In this document: one piece after another, positions 1 to 12,349 of the stretch
How the letters are laid out: the number at the start of each line of letters is the position of its first letter
Numbering within the stretch: the stretch's first letter is position 1
From: Octopus vulgaris
Lineage: Eukaryota
DNA length: 64,000 nt
Direction: 5' to 3'
NCBI GenBank assembly: GCA_951406725.2
Contig: OX597830.1
Span: forward strand, 40,424,001 to 40,488,000
Position numbers and translations under genes: made by a program
Notes under the pieces: model-generated
What the model was told of the DNA's origin: nothing
The model's input: the letters and a program-made list of their open reading frames with translations, nothing else
Database searches by the model: none

Positions 1-65
1 TGGTGGTAGTGATGGTAGTAGTAGTAGTAGTAATCGTAGTCACCATTGCTGTAGTCATAACCCTT

Positions 66-420
66 ATCATCATCATCATCATCATGTAATCTTCCATGCT
101 GGCATGGGCTGGAGGATTCGACAGGAACTGGCAAGCCTGGGAATTACTCCATGCTCCACTATGGTTTTCCACAGCCAGATGCCCTCCCTAATGCCAACCA
201 CTTTACAGAATGCCTTTTACATGGCACCAACAGCAGTGAGGTCACCAAGAAACTTGCAGGACAAGAACCCCACCCTTCAACTGAGAAGGAGGAGTATGCA
301 GGGACAGAGAAGGTGTCATGCATTAGAAGACAGACATGGCTACCACAGGTGGAGGGAAAGAGAGAGGGAGAGTAGAGGGAGGAGATGGTGAAGATGTTAT
401 AAAGAGGGGAAAGGGGCCGT
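66..420 (-). mobile_element. (GAT)n-tailed retroposon family C (LINE 3' end-derived/SINE-like), degenerate copy
   Basis: catcatcat...ttccatgctggcatggg...gatgccctccctaatgccaaccact. The same motif recurs at ~10085-10390(+), 16300-16490(+), 19223-19345, 23138-23790, 49130-49510, 51160-51490, 54053-54186, 60850-60990. Confidence 0.7.
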
Positions 421-1460
421 GTACCCAAGATACAAGGAGGTGTATATAGTGAAGGGGTCCGAGGATTGGAGGGGGCAAATGGAAGGGTGGGCGAGTGGAT
501 GGCTGAATGGATGGGTGGGTGAGTGGATGGGGAGTGGATGGTTGGGCATGTGAATGGGTGAGGATGGGTGAGCAAGTGGATGGGTGGGTGAGTGGCAGGG
601 TGGGCGAGTGGATGGGTGGGTGAGAGGATGGGTGAGCAAGTGCACAAGATTGCAAAAGGAGAGTGAGAGATGGTGGGAGGGGGCAAGAATGTAATGACTG
701 GGCACAGGTACAGAGAGAAAGAGAGAGAGGGGGGTATCAAGAGGATACACTGAAGGGAAAAAATTCAACAGGGACGCATAGAGTACAAATTGGTAGGTAG
801 GTGGGCACATGATGGAGAACGGAGAGGATTACAGAGGTGGTGAGCATGGGCGTGGGGGGAGGAGGGTGTCAGGATGCTGGGTCAATGGGGAAGGGAGGGG
901 AGAGCACGGGCATAGCGGACACGCCTTCATAACGGCTTCTAGGCAAGTCTATAAATAAAGTAGTTAAATCACAAATTGAGAAAATAGTTGCATCACCATT
1001 ATAATTATCTCCACGCTTTTGTGAAAAGACATAAAACTTTGTCTGAGCAATAAAGCTTGACAAAGATCATCCATTGTTGGATATTTACATTATTCTAAAC
1101 AATGTTGCTTAAGGGTTGCATCACAAATACCAAACCCTCTAATTATTTTCTTGTGAAGCCATAGTAATTATACAAGTAGATTTAATAGGCAATTTCATGT
1201 TTACTGCAACAGAGGTGTGAGTAACATTTTCTGTACTTTCTGAATCAATTAAAGTGTAACATCTTTATTGTTCATTGTATTTGTAAACAACTGGCTTCAG
1301 GCTAACGATATGAAACAGCCGAGGGTTGTGAAACTTGCACTCAATGACATTGTTGTAATATTATTATTTAAGGCGGCTTACTCGGTAAACCTCTCCATTT
1401 GTGTCTGTTTGTACCTTTGTATTCGTGTCCCTGTATGTTCTGTGTAGGCCCATGTGGCCA

Positions 1461-1875
1461 GCTATATTATTAGCATTATCCTGCCTTTGAGAATTTAAAA
1501 TCACTTCTTTAACTTTCTAAGACATCTCAATGCTTCTAAAGCAAACTTCATTTGTTTGTTTACGTTCATCATAATTTGAATTCAATGTATGATAGCATCT
1601 CATAAAGCGAGATTTCTATATATCTTAAATTTATGGAAGAATTTGTGGTGTGGGCAGTTTAGCTTAATGGTTCAGAGCACCACGACACGTAATCACAGAG
1701 GTGTGAGTTCGAGTCTCATAGCCAGCCGCTATGGGGTAGCTTATCCTGTTCAGGCTATATTATTAGCATTATCCTGTATTTGAGAATTTAAAATCACTTC
1801 TTTAACTTTATAAGACATCTCAACACTTCTAAAGCAAACTTCGTTTGTTTGTTTATGTTCATCGCAATTTGAATT
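1461..1875. repeat. ~120 bp direct repeat pair (1461-1582, 1754-1875) flanking a tRNA-like segment
   Basis: Both copies read gctatattattagcattatcctg...aatttaaaatcacttctttaac...aatttgaatt. Confidence 0.85.
1652..1727 (+). pseudogene. tRNA-derived sequence (pseudo-tRNA/SINE head, CGT-like anticodon loop)
   Basis: A-box TAGCTTAATGG, B-box GAGTTCGAGTCTC, T-arm gtgag/ctcat. Acceptor and anticodon stems are degenerate. Confidence 0.55.
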
Positions 1876-1886
1876 TATTAATATTT

Positions 1887-2100
1887 AAGGTGGTGAGCTG
1901 GTAGAACTGTTAGCAAGCTGGGCAAAATGCTTAACAGTATGTTGTCTATCCTTACAGTCTGAGTTCAAATTTTGCCAAGGCTGCTTTTGCTTTCTATCTT
2001 TTTGGGATCAATGAAATACCAGTTACTCACTAGGGTTGATGTAATCAACTAGATCCCTCCCTTAAAGTTTCAGGCCTTCTGCCTATTGTAGAAAGGATTA
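1887..2100 (+). mobile_element. SINE family B (~210 bp, ATT-repeat tail)
   Basis: aaggtggtgagctgg...ctgagttcaaat...gtagaaaggattattatt. About 20 copies in the window. Confidence 0.8.
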
Positions 2101-2290
2101 TTATTATTATCATTGTTATTCCTTCGTAACACAGTGTAGGTAAAAATGCATCAGAGTCTTTAATTATTGTTATTATTCTTTCCTACTCTAGGTACAAGAC
2201 CCGAAATTTTGGGAGAGGGGGCCAGTCAAGCAGATCAACCCCAGTACTTCAAAAAAAAAAAATGAGTACCAGTTAAATATTAGGGTCAAT

Positions 2291-2546
2291 AATATAGTTC
2301 TATATTTAAGAGATGAGGAAGTATATACATTATTTACATTTGACAGATATTTGTCCTCATCTTGTTTGTTGTTAACACAACGTTTCGGCTGATATACCCT
2401 CCAGCCTTCATCATGTGTCTTGGGGAAATTTCAAACCTGGGTTCTCATTCCTAAGGTATTTTTCGATGTTATTATTATTATCATTATTATTATTATTATA
2501 ATTATATTATTATTATTATTAATATTATTATTATTATTATTATTAC

Positions 2547-2610
<64 letters not shown>

Positions 2611-2751
2611 GGTCACTGCTTGGAATCGAACTCGGAATCTTGGGGTTAGTAGCCTGTGCTCTTAACCACTACGCCAAATGGCCGAAACGTTGCGTTTACA
2701 ACAAACAAGATGAGGAAAAATATCCATCAAATGTAAATAATGTAAATAATG
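2291..2751 (-). mobile_element. Composite retroposon: tRNA-derived head + (AAT)n + Penelope-like hammerhead tail, with inverted tail fragment at its 5' end
   Basis: tRNA head 2611-2682(-), (TTA)n 2469-2610, tail 2295-2468, inverted tail copy 2681-2751. Imperfect 13-bp TSD tattagggtcaat (2278-2290)/tactaggctcaat (2752-2764) inside a family B SINE. Confidence 0.75.
2374..2419 (-). ncRNA. Minimal type I hammerhead ribozyme motif, C3 mutated (probably inactive core)
   Basis: gacac ATGATGA a ggctg-gagggtatat-cagcc GAAAC GTT gtgtt. Confidence 0.65.
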
Positions 2752-2835
2752 TACTAGGCTCAATGTAATCAACTAACACCTCCCTCAAAATTTCAGGCCT
2801 TATACCTATAGTAGAAAGAATTACTGTTATTATTA

Positions 2836-3090
2836 AAGCTATTACATGCTATAATAGTCATGTTGTGTTGCGATTTGGTCACAAGTTTACTCAAATCTCA
2901 AAAATTTTTCTTAGGATTCTTGTAGAATGTAGGGTTGTGTTTTCCTGCAGGTCAACAATGCAAGACTCAATTCTAATATCCTTCAGCCTTTCAGGTAGCA
3001 GCCTGGGTGTTGTGCCAAGTTACTCAACTACCACAGAAGTAATTATCATCATGGTTTTTCACAATCTCCTCATCTCTCTGACTAGGCATT
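2836..3090 (-). mobile_element. R4/Dong-clade non-LTR retrotransposon 3' fragment
   Basis: Minus strand translates LGTTPRLLPERLKDIRIESCIVDLQENTTLHSTRILRKIFEI*, a typical RLE C-terminus. Ends at an AAT-rich run. Confidence 0.6.
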
Positions 3091-3304
3091 GATATTTTTC
3101 AACTTTCCCAATTTATCTTTTTTTTTTTTTTCGGTATTCTGGTATCTGCTCTATTATCATACGCTATTGCAAAGTCTTTGGCCTTACACTTCTTTCTGTT
3201 CTCTACAATCATATCTGGTCTTTTTCCTTCCAACAGTACAGTATTTGAAACGTTACACACTTATACACACGACTAATTTCATATCTCACAGTAATGACAA
3301 CAAG

Positions 3305-3468
3305 CAGTGGTGTAGCTGGGGAGTACGTGGCCCAGGGCAGCCCTTGAGTTTTCAACCCTCATCCCTGTTCCCTATAAAGGCTTATATAGCAAGCACAAAA
3401 TTGCCATCTGTATAAAAACATTGCATGGAGCAGAGTGCTCCTTCACGCTTCCCCCTGCTAAGCCACTG
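3305..3468. mobile_element. Short MITE with hAT-like TIRs
   Basis: Termini CAGTGGTGTAGC ... GCTAAGCCACTG. No clear TSD. Confidence 0.5.
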
Positions 3469-4278
3469 ATATTCAAAGGGAGTTTTAAAAGAATAAAATT
3501 AAATCCAACAGGAATACTTTTACTCTCTGTACATCTGACAAAAACATTAATTCCTTACGAAACACAAAGAGAAACTTTTGTCAGTGAAAGTCACATTTGG
3601 ATTTTGGTCTTGTGAAAGTCATATGTTATCTGTGAAGAATTTTGGTCTGTGTTGGTCAAATGTAGATTTTTGTTTTGTATAACTCAAATGTTGACCCACA
3701 TCTGTATGTAGAATATTGTTTTGTTCATTTTCAGAAAGAAAATTTAGATTATTCTTTACATGTTACTTTCATGGATGAAAATCAAAGGTAGATTTTGATT
3801 GTGAAAGTTACATGTAGTACATGTAATATTCTTTTTTTTTTTTGGAAGAGAAAGTCACATGTGGTGTTTAGTCTGTAAAATGTTGAGCAGTTTAAGCCAG
3901 AAGACAAAATGGAAAGTAAATTCATAGCTTTAATGATGATAATTTTTGCTTACGTATAAGGTTTGGAGCCAAGCATTACAGCAATTGAAGAAGCTCATTA
4001 GTGAGGTTTATAATTAGGAAAAAGAAAAAGGATAATTATAGTGGGGTGGGGAGTAATTTAAAGAACCTAATGGAAACAATGCAATAGAATTCATTAAGAA
4101 TATACTTTGTCAACATAGTATTTCTGTTTTCACTTCAAACGGAAAATTTTTATATGTATGTATGTAAATGTGTGTAAATGTGTAAGAGTGTGTGCATATA
4201 TATGTGCGTGTGTGTGTGTGTGTGTGCATCTATATATGCATGTATATATATATATGTATGTGTAAGGTTATGTATGTA

Positions 4279-4323
<45 letters not shown>

Positions 4324-4486
4324 TAGACCTGGTAGAAATGCAGCCAAATCTCTGTCAAATCACATGCTACTGTCTTATGTATGTATATATGTATGAGCCA
4401 ATGAAGGAAACCTCTACACGGTAGCTAGAGCTGGCGGAAATAGCAGCCAAATCTCCCTCAAATCACACCCTACTGTCTTATGTATG

Positions 4487-4537
<51 letters not shown>

Positions 4538-4584
4538 ACTAGACAAGAGATTTTAATTTTATCTTTTCCATTCTGGTAGACAGA

Positions 4585-5019
4585 CAGAATCGTTAGCCCA
4601 ACGGGTAAAATACTTAATGGCATTTTTGTCACTCCTTATGGTCTGAGTTCAAATTCCACTAAGGTCGACTTTGCCTTTTATCCTTCTGGAGTCAATGAAA
4701 TAAGTACCTGTTGAGCACTGGGGTCGATGTAATCGACCTATCTTGTCCCCTTAAATTTTTGGTCCTGTATCAAAGCTTGAAACCAATATGATTTGGTTCA
4801 TTAAAGCAGCGAGCTGGCAGAAATGTTAGCATGCAGGGCGAAATGCTTAGCAGTATTTCGTCTGTCTTTACATTCTGAGTCCAAATTCCGCCAAGGTTAA
4901 CTTTGGTTTTCATCCTTTTGGGGTCGATAAATTAAGTACCAGTTGCTACTGGCTTTGATCAAATTGAATGGCCCCCTCCCCCAAAATATCGGGCCTTGTG
5001 CCTAGAGTAGAAAAGAATA
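4585..5019 (+). mobile_element. Two tandem SINE family B copies
   Basis: Second copy 4803-5019 is full length (aaagcagcgagctggcagaaatgttagc...cctagagtagaaaagaat). Confidence 0.8.
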
Positions 5020-5371
5020 TAATCTGGTTCGTTGTTCCCCACAAATGTATGCTAAAACAAAGAGGCAATTTTCTATGCAATAACCATAAAAATTGCTAAC
5101 CAGACAACATTCAGAAGAAATACATCAATGTCATATTCTTTACAATTACAGAGAGAAAATTCCAGAAGCTAGATGCAGCTGCTTAGCTTAGGAATACTGT
5201 TATTAGCAGATATTGTCAGAGCCGTAATAGAGCTGAGTAGAAAATAGTTTGCTGTTTTCGTTCTGATTTTACTGTGCTCTGTGAACAAATTTCACTGATA
5301 TCAACATTGCCTTTCATCCTTTTGGATCAACAAAATATAATACCATTGCAGATTGGTGGATTTGCAGAATT

Positions 5372-5781
5372 CTCTTTCTCTTTTACTTGTTTCAGTCATT
5401 TGACTGCGGCCATGCTGGAGCACCGCCTTTTTTTTTAGTCGAGCAAATCGACCCCGGGACTTATTCTTTGTAAGCCCAGTACTTATTCTATCGGTCTCTT
5501 TTGCCGAACCGCTAAGTGACGGGGACGTAAACACACCAGCATCGGTTGTCAAGCAATGGTAGGGGGACAAACACAGACACACAAACACACACACACATAC
5601 ATATATATATATACATATATACGACAGGCTTCTTTTCAGTTTCCGTCTACCAAATCCACTCACAAGGCATTGGTCGGCCCGGGGCTATAGCAGAAGACAC
5701 TTGCCCAAGATGCCACGCAGTGGGACTGAACCCGCAACCATGTGGTTGGTTAGCAAGCTACTTACCACACAGCCACTCCTG
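5372..5781 (-). mobile_element. tRNA-derived SINE family A (~400 bp, internal TA/TG microsatellite), full length
   Basis: Head caggagtggctgtgtggtaag...ggttcagtcccactgcgtggc, tail gactgaaacaagtaaaagag. About 20 copies in both orientations. Confidence 0.85.
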
Positions 5782-6581
5782 TAACATTATTACTAATATT
5801 TATTTCAAATTGTGGCACAATGTGAGTAATTTTGGTGGAAAGGGAGGGCTAAGTCAATTACATCAATCTCAGTGTTCAATTGGTTCTTATTTTATCGATC
5901 CTGGAGGACGAAAAGCAAAGCCATCCTCGTCGGGATTTGAATTCAGAATGCAAAGAAGGACGAAATGTGGCTAAGCATTTTCACTGGCGTGCTAAAGATT
6001 CTGCTAGCTTGCCACCATAAAGAAGACCATAATTGCTTCCCCTGTGGGGAACCGAGTCTCTGACTCCTGCGTCACGGGCAGAGATACTTATCAGTATACT
6101 ATCGAGGGCCAGCCAAATTTTTACTGATATTAATAAAGAGGGAAAGGTGGTGAGTTGGCGGAACGGTTTGCACACTAAGCGAAAAGCTTAACAGCATTTT
6201 CATCCATTGTTACGTGCTGAGTTCAAATTCCACCAAGGCTGACTTTGCTTTTGGTCCTTCTGGGGTTGATAAAATAAGTACCAGTTGAGCACCAGGGTCA
6301 ACACAACCAAGTTACCCGCTCCCAAAAGCCTTGTGAGTGGATTTAGTGGGCGGAAACATAGAGAAGCCCATTGTACACACACACACATGCACACACATAT
6401 ATATATATACAAGGCTTCAATGGCACCCATTTTCCATTTCACACACCGTTGCTTTTTACAACACTTGCACCATAACACCCACAAGAGTTTCAGAGCCTAC
6501 TTCTCTGATTTCTCTATTGAAGTTCTCCTTCAAACTGCTCATACCACAGTTATTTGGAATATATATTATATATATATATAG

Positions 6582-6775
6582 TTAATCCAAACAAGAAAGC
6601 ACAAAAAAACACAACGCGAGGACGTGGAACAAATATAGTATTATTGGACGCTCAGGAAAGAAGGAGGGTTTAATGTTTTGAGCGGAGCTCTTCGTCGGAA
6701 ACATAGGAGAAAGAAAGATCCAGAGAAGGGATGACAGAGGAAAAAAAATCGCCAACGGTACACACGAGGTCACAT
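6582..6775 (-). mobile_element. Penelope-like terminal-repeat element with decayed hammerhead (6668-6702)
   Basis: gttt CCGACGA a gagc-tcc-gctc AAAAC ATT aaac. Homologous to 38030-38215. Confidence 0.55.
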
Positions 6776-6837
6776 TTGGAAGACCGGAACCTATAGAAAC
6801 ATTTATATATCTATGTGTATATATACAAAGAGAACAC

Positions 6838-7010
6838 TCCCTCCATGGCGTACCGTTAATCCAGCACTTAGGCTAGACTTCGGTCCAACTTACCATGGCC
6901 TACATTTAGTCTGGCACTTAATCTAGACTTATCCCCACCACAGCCTATGTTTAATCCAGCACATAAGCTACACTGCCATCCTCCATGGCCTACATTTAAT
7001 CAGACATTTG
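6838..7010. repeat. Degenerate ~45-50 bp minisatellite, ~4 units
   Basis: Recurring ccatggcctacatttaatccagcacttaggctagactt-like unit. Confidence 0.6.
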
Positions 7011-7605
7011 AGAATAAAATCCTCCCTCCCAGCACTTCCTGCAAAATTTCAAGGAGGGGGAATTGAAGGGGAGGAAGGGACTTCCTGGAAAAGTAGGAGT
7101 GATACTTCCCAGAAGGGGATGGACTTCCTGGAAAGGTTTGTTTACATACCCATAACTTAGCAGTTTGGCAAAACAGACTAATAAAATATGTGCTAGACTT
7201 AGAAAATAAATACTGGGGTCAATTTGTTTGACCAAACTCTTCAAGGCAATGCACCAGCATGGCCATGGATGAATGACTGAAATGCATAAAAGGATGAAAG
7301 ATACACAGCTAAAAATCAAACCCATGTTTTCTTTCATTTCATTTCTGTTTGTAATTAAATTTAATCAGTTTAAATTCTGTGGTTACCTCCCTTGATGTTC
7401 TAGATAACAATTTGTCATTAAGATAATGCTCTCTTTGCTACAGGTGTGATTTTAATTAATTAATACTTCCTGGCTCACTAAATTACTACGTTAACACCCA
7501 CTTTATTATTCTTTCTTATTCCTGAATTGCAATCTACTTTCACTTTCCTTCCTCCTTGTTCTCTCTGTAAGTCTCTGTCTTTCTCTCTTGCTCTCTCTTT
7601 ATTTT

Positions 7606-7661
<56 letters not shown>

Positions 7662-8073
7662 TCCCTCTGCTTTTCACTCTTCTACTAAATATAGTTTTCT
7701 GCTTCTGCCAAGTTTCATTATTATAATTTTCAGTTACAGCAACAATTCTATGAGAATATTTAAAAGAAGAAAAAAAAAGAATATGAAAAATAAAACAAGG
7801 AAATATTACAAAAGAAAAATCATTACTGACATCTCTTTCTGTTTTTAAGCATTCCAATACTTATAGCTGGTGGCATCAGTCGTAATAGGAATAATATATT
7901 ATACAGAAGTATATGTGGCTTTGCATATGTAATTTTATGTATTTAGTTATTTCCCTCTCTTTCTCTGTGTGTGTGTGTGTATCAATGTATATATATACAC
8001 ACACACACACACACACCAAATGAAAGTAAGTACTGTGTTACATATGTACATGTGCATATATATATACATATAC

Positions 8074-8120
<47 letters not shown>

Positions 8121-8630
8121 CATACATACATACATATACATACATAGACACATACAGGCTTGTATGCATGTATGCATGTACATAAACATGCCAATACATC
8201 TTATAAATAAATGCATTGTGTGTGTAATATATAGCACTTAAATGAATGACAGCATATTTCCATGTGAAGTCTATCAGAGAGCTTGATAAAGTTATAATAA
8301 TTTCAAACTACTACACAAAATCCAAACACAGTTAATTAAAAGATTTATCTTTTTGATTTTAAGGTTAAATTAACAGGATTGATCACTTTTGCAATTAAAA
8401 CACTACAACCACTGAGACATTGTGTCAAAGTCAGGACATTCCAACACAGGGACAATTTGTGATTTCTTAACTCCAAAAGGATGAAAGGCAAAGTTGACCA
8501 CGGTGGAATTTGAACTCACAACATAAAGACAGACGAAATACCGCTAAGCATTTTTGCCCGGCATGCTAACAATTCTGCCAGCTTGCCAACTTAGAACTGA
8601 AAAATAATGAAAAGAAAGGAATGAACTTAC

Positions 8631-8688
8631 CATGAAGTTGTTTTGAACCCAAACATTTTGTCAGCAAGGGCTGTAATCAAGTGTTGCC
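8631..8688 (-). CDS. AARSD1: AARSD1 next coding exon
   Basis: 58 bp, acceptor ctctgcattcAG, donor TG|GTAAG. The phase-1 join with the previous exon gives G-QHLITALADKMFGFKTTS-W (vertebrate AARSD1: GQHLITAVADHLFKLKTTSW). Not in the ORF track. Confidence 0.92.
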
Positions 8689-8797
8689 CTGAATGCAGAG
8701 AGGGAGAAAAATTTTAAAGGATTGATTGAAGTGACCAACTTTAATTGAATAGACAGGATATCAATACACACACACACATCAATATATACACCACATA

Positions 8798-9318
8798 GTG
8801 GCTGCCCCCTCGTTATCGAGTATGGCCATTGCATGAAGCTTAATCAATGTTGTTATCGTGCAATGCCTGTGCAAGAAAATATTTTTTAAAGTGAGGAAAG
8901 GATGTGCACTGAGTCAATCCCACTCACTAAGCAACAGCAGCCATAATCCAAAAAGAAGAACAAGTCAACATCATCGGTAACCACTGAGCCACAGGTTTTA
9001 TGTCGGAGTTATCCCAGTTACCTGAGTTACCTTCTCCTAGAAGAATGCCCTCACGAAGGCTAGGAGTCCTTCACTCCCAATGGTTTAACCGGGAGATCGG
9101 GTATTCAGTTCGATTATTTCTATGTCCCCGCGCATGATACAGCCCGAAGACATTTATTGGATGGCCATTGACTCTCAAGAGTTCCTCCGCCTTTTGACGG
9201 GTTTTGTTTTTCATCCCACAGGGTATCCAATAAACACCCTCCTCACCAAGCAAGCTTGATGGGGTTGCCGATTTAGTCGCCGACAACCCAACCATGCAAC
9301 AGGTTGTACTAGTTTACA
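8798..9318 (-). mobile_element. ~520 bp non-autonomous retroelement (RTE-derived-like); inverted relative to 35920-36432
   Basis: Highly similar to the reverse complement of 35920-36432 (both give the spurious ORF ...LLGEEGVYW.PCGMKNKTRQ...). Confidence 0.75.
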
Positions 9319-9421
9319 TGTTACCAGTAGCACTCGAAAGTGACCTGACATAATACACCACATACATTCATACATACATACGTACATATATATATATATA
9401 TATATATGAATGCATGCATAC

Positions 9422-9476
<55 letters not shown>

Positions 9477-10300
9477 TGAATGTATATAAACATGCATGTC
9501 ACCAAGTGGCAAGATATTGTTATGTGAGATGCACAAGAGAAAAATATATGTTCTGTTGTAGAAATCAGCTGCCCTGTGGAAACCAATATGGTCAGAAAAT
9601 TATAGGATAAAGAAGATATTTGTGAATATTGATGAATAGTTTGCAAATCTAATACCCAAGGTATGTTTTCAGTTTCAAACCTATTATCATTGAAGAAACA
9701 CAATGCATAGTAACCTGCCTGTAGAAAGTGTAGCTGAAATTGGGTCCTTGTGTATATGTATGCATTTTGTATGTATGCATGTTTATATATTCATTCCAAT
9801 TGCCATGTTCTGTACATAAGGTGTGTCTTTTATATATATAAATAAGGGAGGTTGTGAAAGTGTGCATAAGGAAGTGCCGATCACTCAAAGTTGAGGGATG
9901 CTGTGGAAGAAAAGGACCCAGGAAGACAGGGGACAAAGTATTGAAAGCTGATCTCAAAATGCTGAGCCTTTATGAAGGGCATGACAAAGGACTGAGATAT
10001 GTGGTGCATTGCTGTCTTCAAGAAGACCTTCCCACCACAATAGAATATGGTAAAACCAAGATGACATGTAAAAAGAAAACCACAGGTCCTGGTGCCATGT
10101 AAAAAGCACTGGTGATGGTGCCACGTAAAAAGCACCCAGTACACTCTGTAAAGTGGTTGGCATTTGGGAAAGGCATCCAGTCATAGCAACCAAAGTTAAA
10201 AACAGATTGTGGAACCTGGTGTGGCCCCTGACCTAGCCAGCTCTTTGGAAAACAGATGTTAAGTGATGATGATGATGATGATGATGATGATAATGATGAC

Positions 10301-10366
<66 letters not shown>

Positions 10367-10694
10367 AATGATGACGATGATGATGATGATGGTGTATGTG
10401 TGTGCATTATATATCAATATATCGTTTTAGGAGGCAAATTGACATTAGACCAATAGATAGAGTGCCTTGCAGTTTTTATTGCATTCATCTATGCTCAGAG
10501 TTCAAATCTCAAAGGTCGAGTTTTCCTTTCATCTGATCAGGGCCAGTAAATAAAGTGCAAGCCAAGTGCTGGTGTAGCCCTTCCTCTCTCCAGCATTCCA
10601 TAGCCTTTATGATCCAACACATTGGCTGTGGGTCAAGCAAAAGAGTCTGTGTGTCAGCTTATGACAATTCGGGCAACTAAAACTATTTATCTGA

Positions 10695-11010
10695 CTGGCA
10701 CTCTGTTGATTACGACAATGAGAGTTCCAGCTGATCCAATCCACAGAACAGCCTGCTCATGCAAGTGGCTGAGCATTCCACAGATACGTGTACCTTTAAC
10801 ATAGCTCTGAAAGAGATTCAGTGTGACACAGAATGTGTCACACAAGGCTGGCCATTTTGAATTACTTGTACAACGGATTTTTGCCAGTTGAGATAAACTG
10901 GAGCAGCATGAAATAAGGTGATTTGTTCAAGAACAAAATGTGCCACTGAAAATTGAACTCATGGCCTTATGATTGTGAGCTGAATACCCCAACCACTGAG
11001 CCACATGGCT
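10695..11010 (-). mobile_element. tRNA-derived SINE family D (CORE-like tgtgtccttgagcaagacacttta segment)
   Basis: Homologous to 44833-45150(+). Related heads at 15850-15985(-), 30155-30270(+), 51965-52295(+). Confidence 0.7.
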
Positions 11011-11038
11011 ATGCTAGTAACTAAAACTATAAACTATA

Positions 11039-11209
11039 GGCATAGGAGTGGCTGTGTGGTAAGTAGCTTGCTTACCAACCACATGGTTCTGGATTCAGTC
11101 CCACTGCGTGACACCTTGGGCAAGTGTCATCTAGTATAGCCTCGGGCTGACCAAAGCCTTGTGAGTGGATTTGATAGATGGAAACTGAAAGAAGCCCATC
11201 ATATATATG

Positions 11210-11240
<31 letters not shown>

Positions 11241-11443
11241 GTATGTGTGTGTGTTTGTCCCCCCAACACCACTTGACAACCGATGCTGGTATGTTTACGT
11301 CCCCGTAACTTAGCAGTTCGGCAAAAAGAGTTCAATAGAATAAGTACTAGGCTTAAAAAGAATAAGTCCCGGGCTCGACTAAAGGCGGTGCTCTAGCATG
11401 GCCACAGTCAAATGACTGAAACAAGTAAAAGAGTAAAAGAGAG
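11039..11443 (+). mobile_element. SINE family A, full length
   Basis: Same consensus as 5372-5781. Confidence 0.85.
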
Positions 11444-11462
11444 TATTAGCAAAAGGATGGTA

Positions 11463-12349
11463 TATGTAGTGTGATCAATAAGTATCCGGACTGTTGCCAT
11501 AGTAACGAAGCTAAAGTACACAGAGTGAAGCTGCTTGGCAAAGGTTGACTTAGACCTCTGCTGTGCATATGTTTTAATGTTCTAGCTCGTGTCTGCTGTT
11601 TACAGCAGTGCTTGGAAGGAAGATGTGTAGCATGTGATCGTTGCTTTGACCATGAGAGAGAAAGTTGTCATGGTGATACATGCTCAGAGGCCTACGCAAG
11701 GTTGCAGAAAGTATATGGAGAGAAGTGTATGAGCTGCACACAAGTGTACAAGTGGTCAGATGTTTCCAAGATGGCTGAAAGAATGTCAATATTGATGAAC
11801 ATTATGGGAGACCCACAACCAACAGAACTGAGAAAAACATCGCAGATGTGCATGCAGCTGCAAGGAGAAATCATCAAATCACCATCCTTGAGTTATCAGA
11901 GAATGTGCAGATTAGTTACAGTTCAGTTCAGTTCAGTCCATTATCACTAAAGATTTGGTTATGAGACACATATCTGTCAAGTTTGTGCTAAATCTGCTTT
12001 CAGCTGACCAGAAAGACACTCGGGTTTCAGTTGCACAAGATCTCCTTGATTGTGTCAAGAATGAAGAAAACTTTTTGAAAACTTTGCGTAGGCCTCTGAG
12101 CTGGTATCACCAAGCTTTTGGAAAAATTTAATGCAGATTCTCTGCTCAACTTTCTGTCATGGTCAATATGTTAATCACACGCTACACACCTTCCGTCCAA
12201 GTACCGCTGTAAACAGCGGAAGTGACCTAGAATGTTAAAACTTAGAGCATATGCACAGCATGGTCAATCTGTGCCAAGTGGCTTCACTCTGTGTGCTTTA
12301 GCTTCGTTACTATAGCAACAGTCCGGATACTTTTTGATCAGACCATGTA
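11463..12349 (+). mobile_element. Non-autonomous mariner with ~250 bp long inverted ends
   Basis: TIR tgatcaataagtatccggactgttgccatagtaacgaagctaaag / ctttagcttcgttactatagcaacagtccggatactttttgatca, TA ends. Internal transposase N-terminal remnants SEAYARLQKVYGEKCMSCTQVYKW and SADQKDTRVSVAQDLLDCVKNEENFLK. A solo end is at ~37820-38005. Confidence 0.85.

Noticed and set aside
159-740. 193-aa Pro/His-rich ORF / G-quadruplex element
   Set aside because: Low-complexity TGGG/TGGA repeat; nothing indicates function.
2611-2682. Functional tRNA gene
   Set aside because: Acceptor and T stems do not pair properly and it is embedded in a retroposon; treated as a SINE head.
5546-5974. Recurrent 'SVSVYQIHSQG...EDTCPRCHAVGLNP' ORFs
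   Set aside because: Antisense translation of SINE family A.
6838-7010. CRISPR-like array
   Set aside because: Eukaryotic context, degenerate tandem units without unique spacers, and no cas genes.
9071-9295. 74-aa ORF duplicated at 35942-36166
   Set aside because: Lies within two copies of the same interspersed repeat; no recognisable protein motif.
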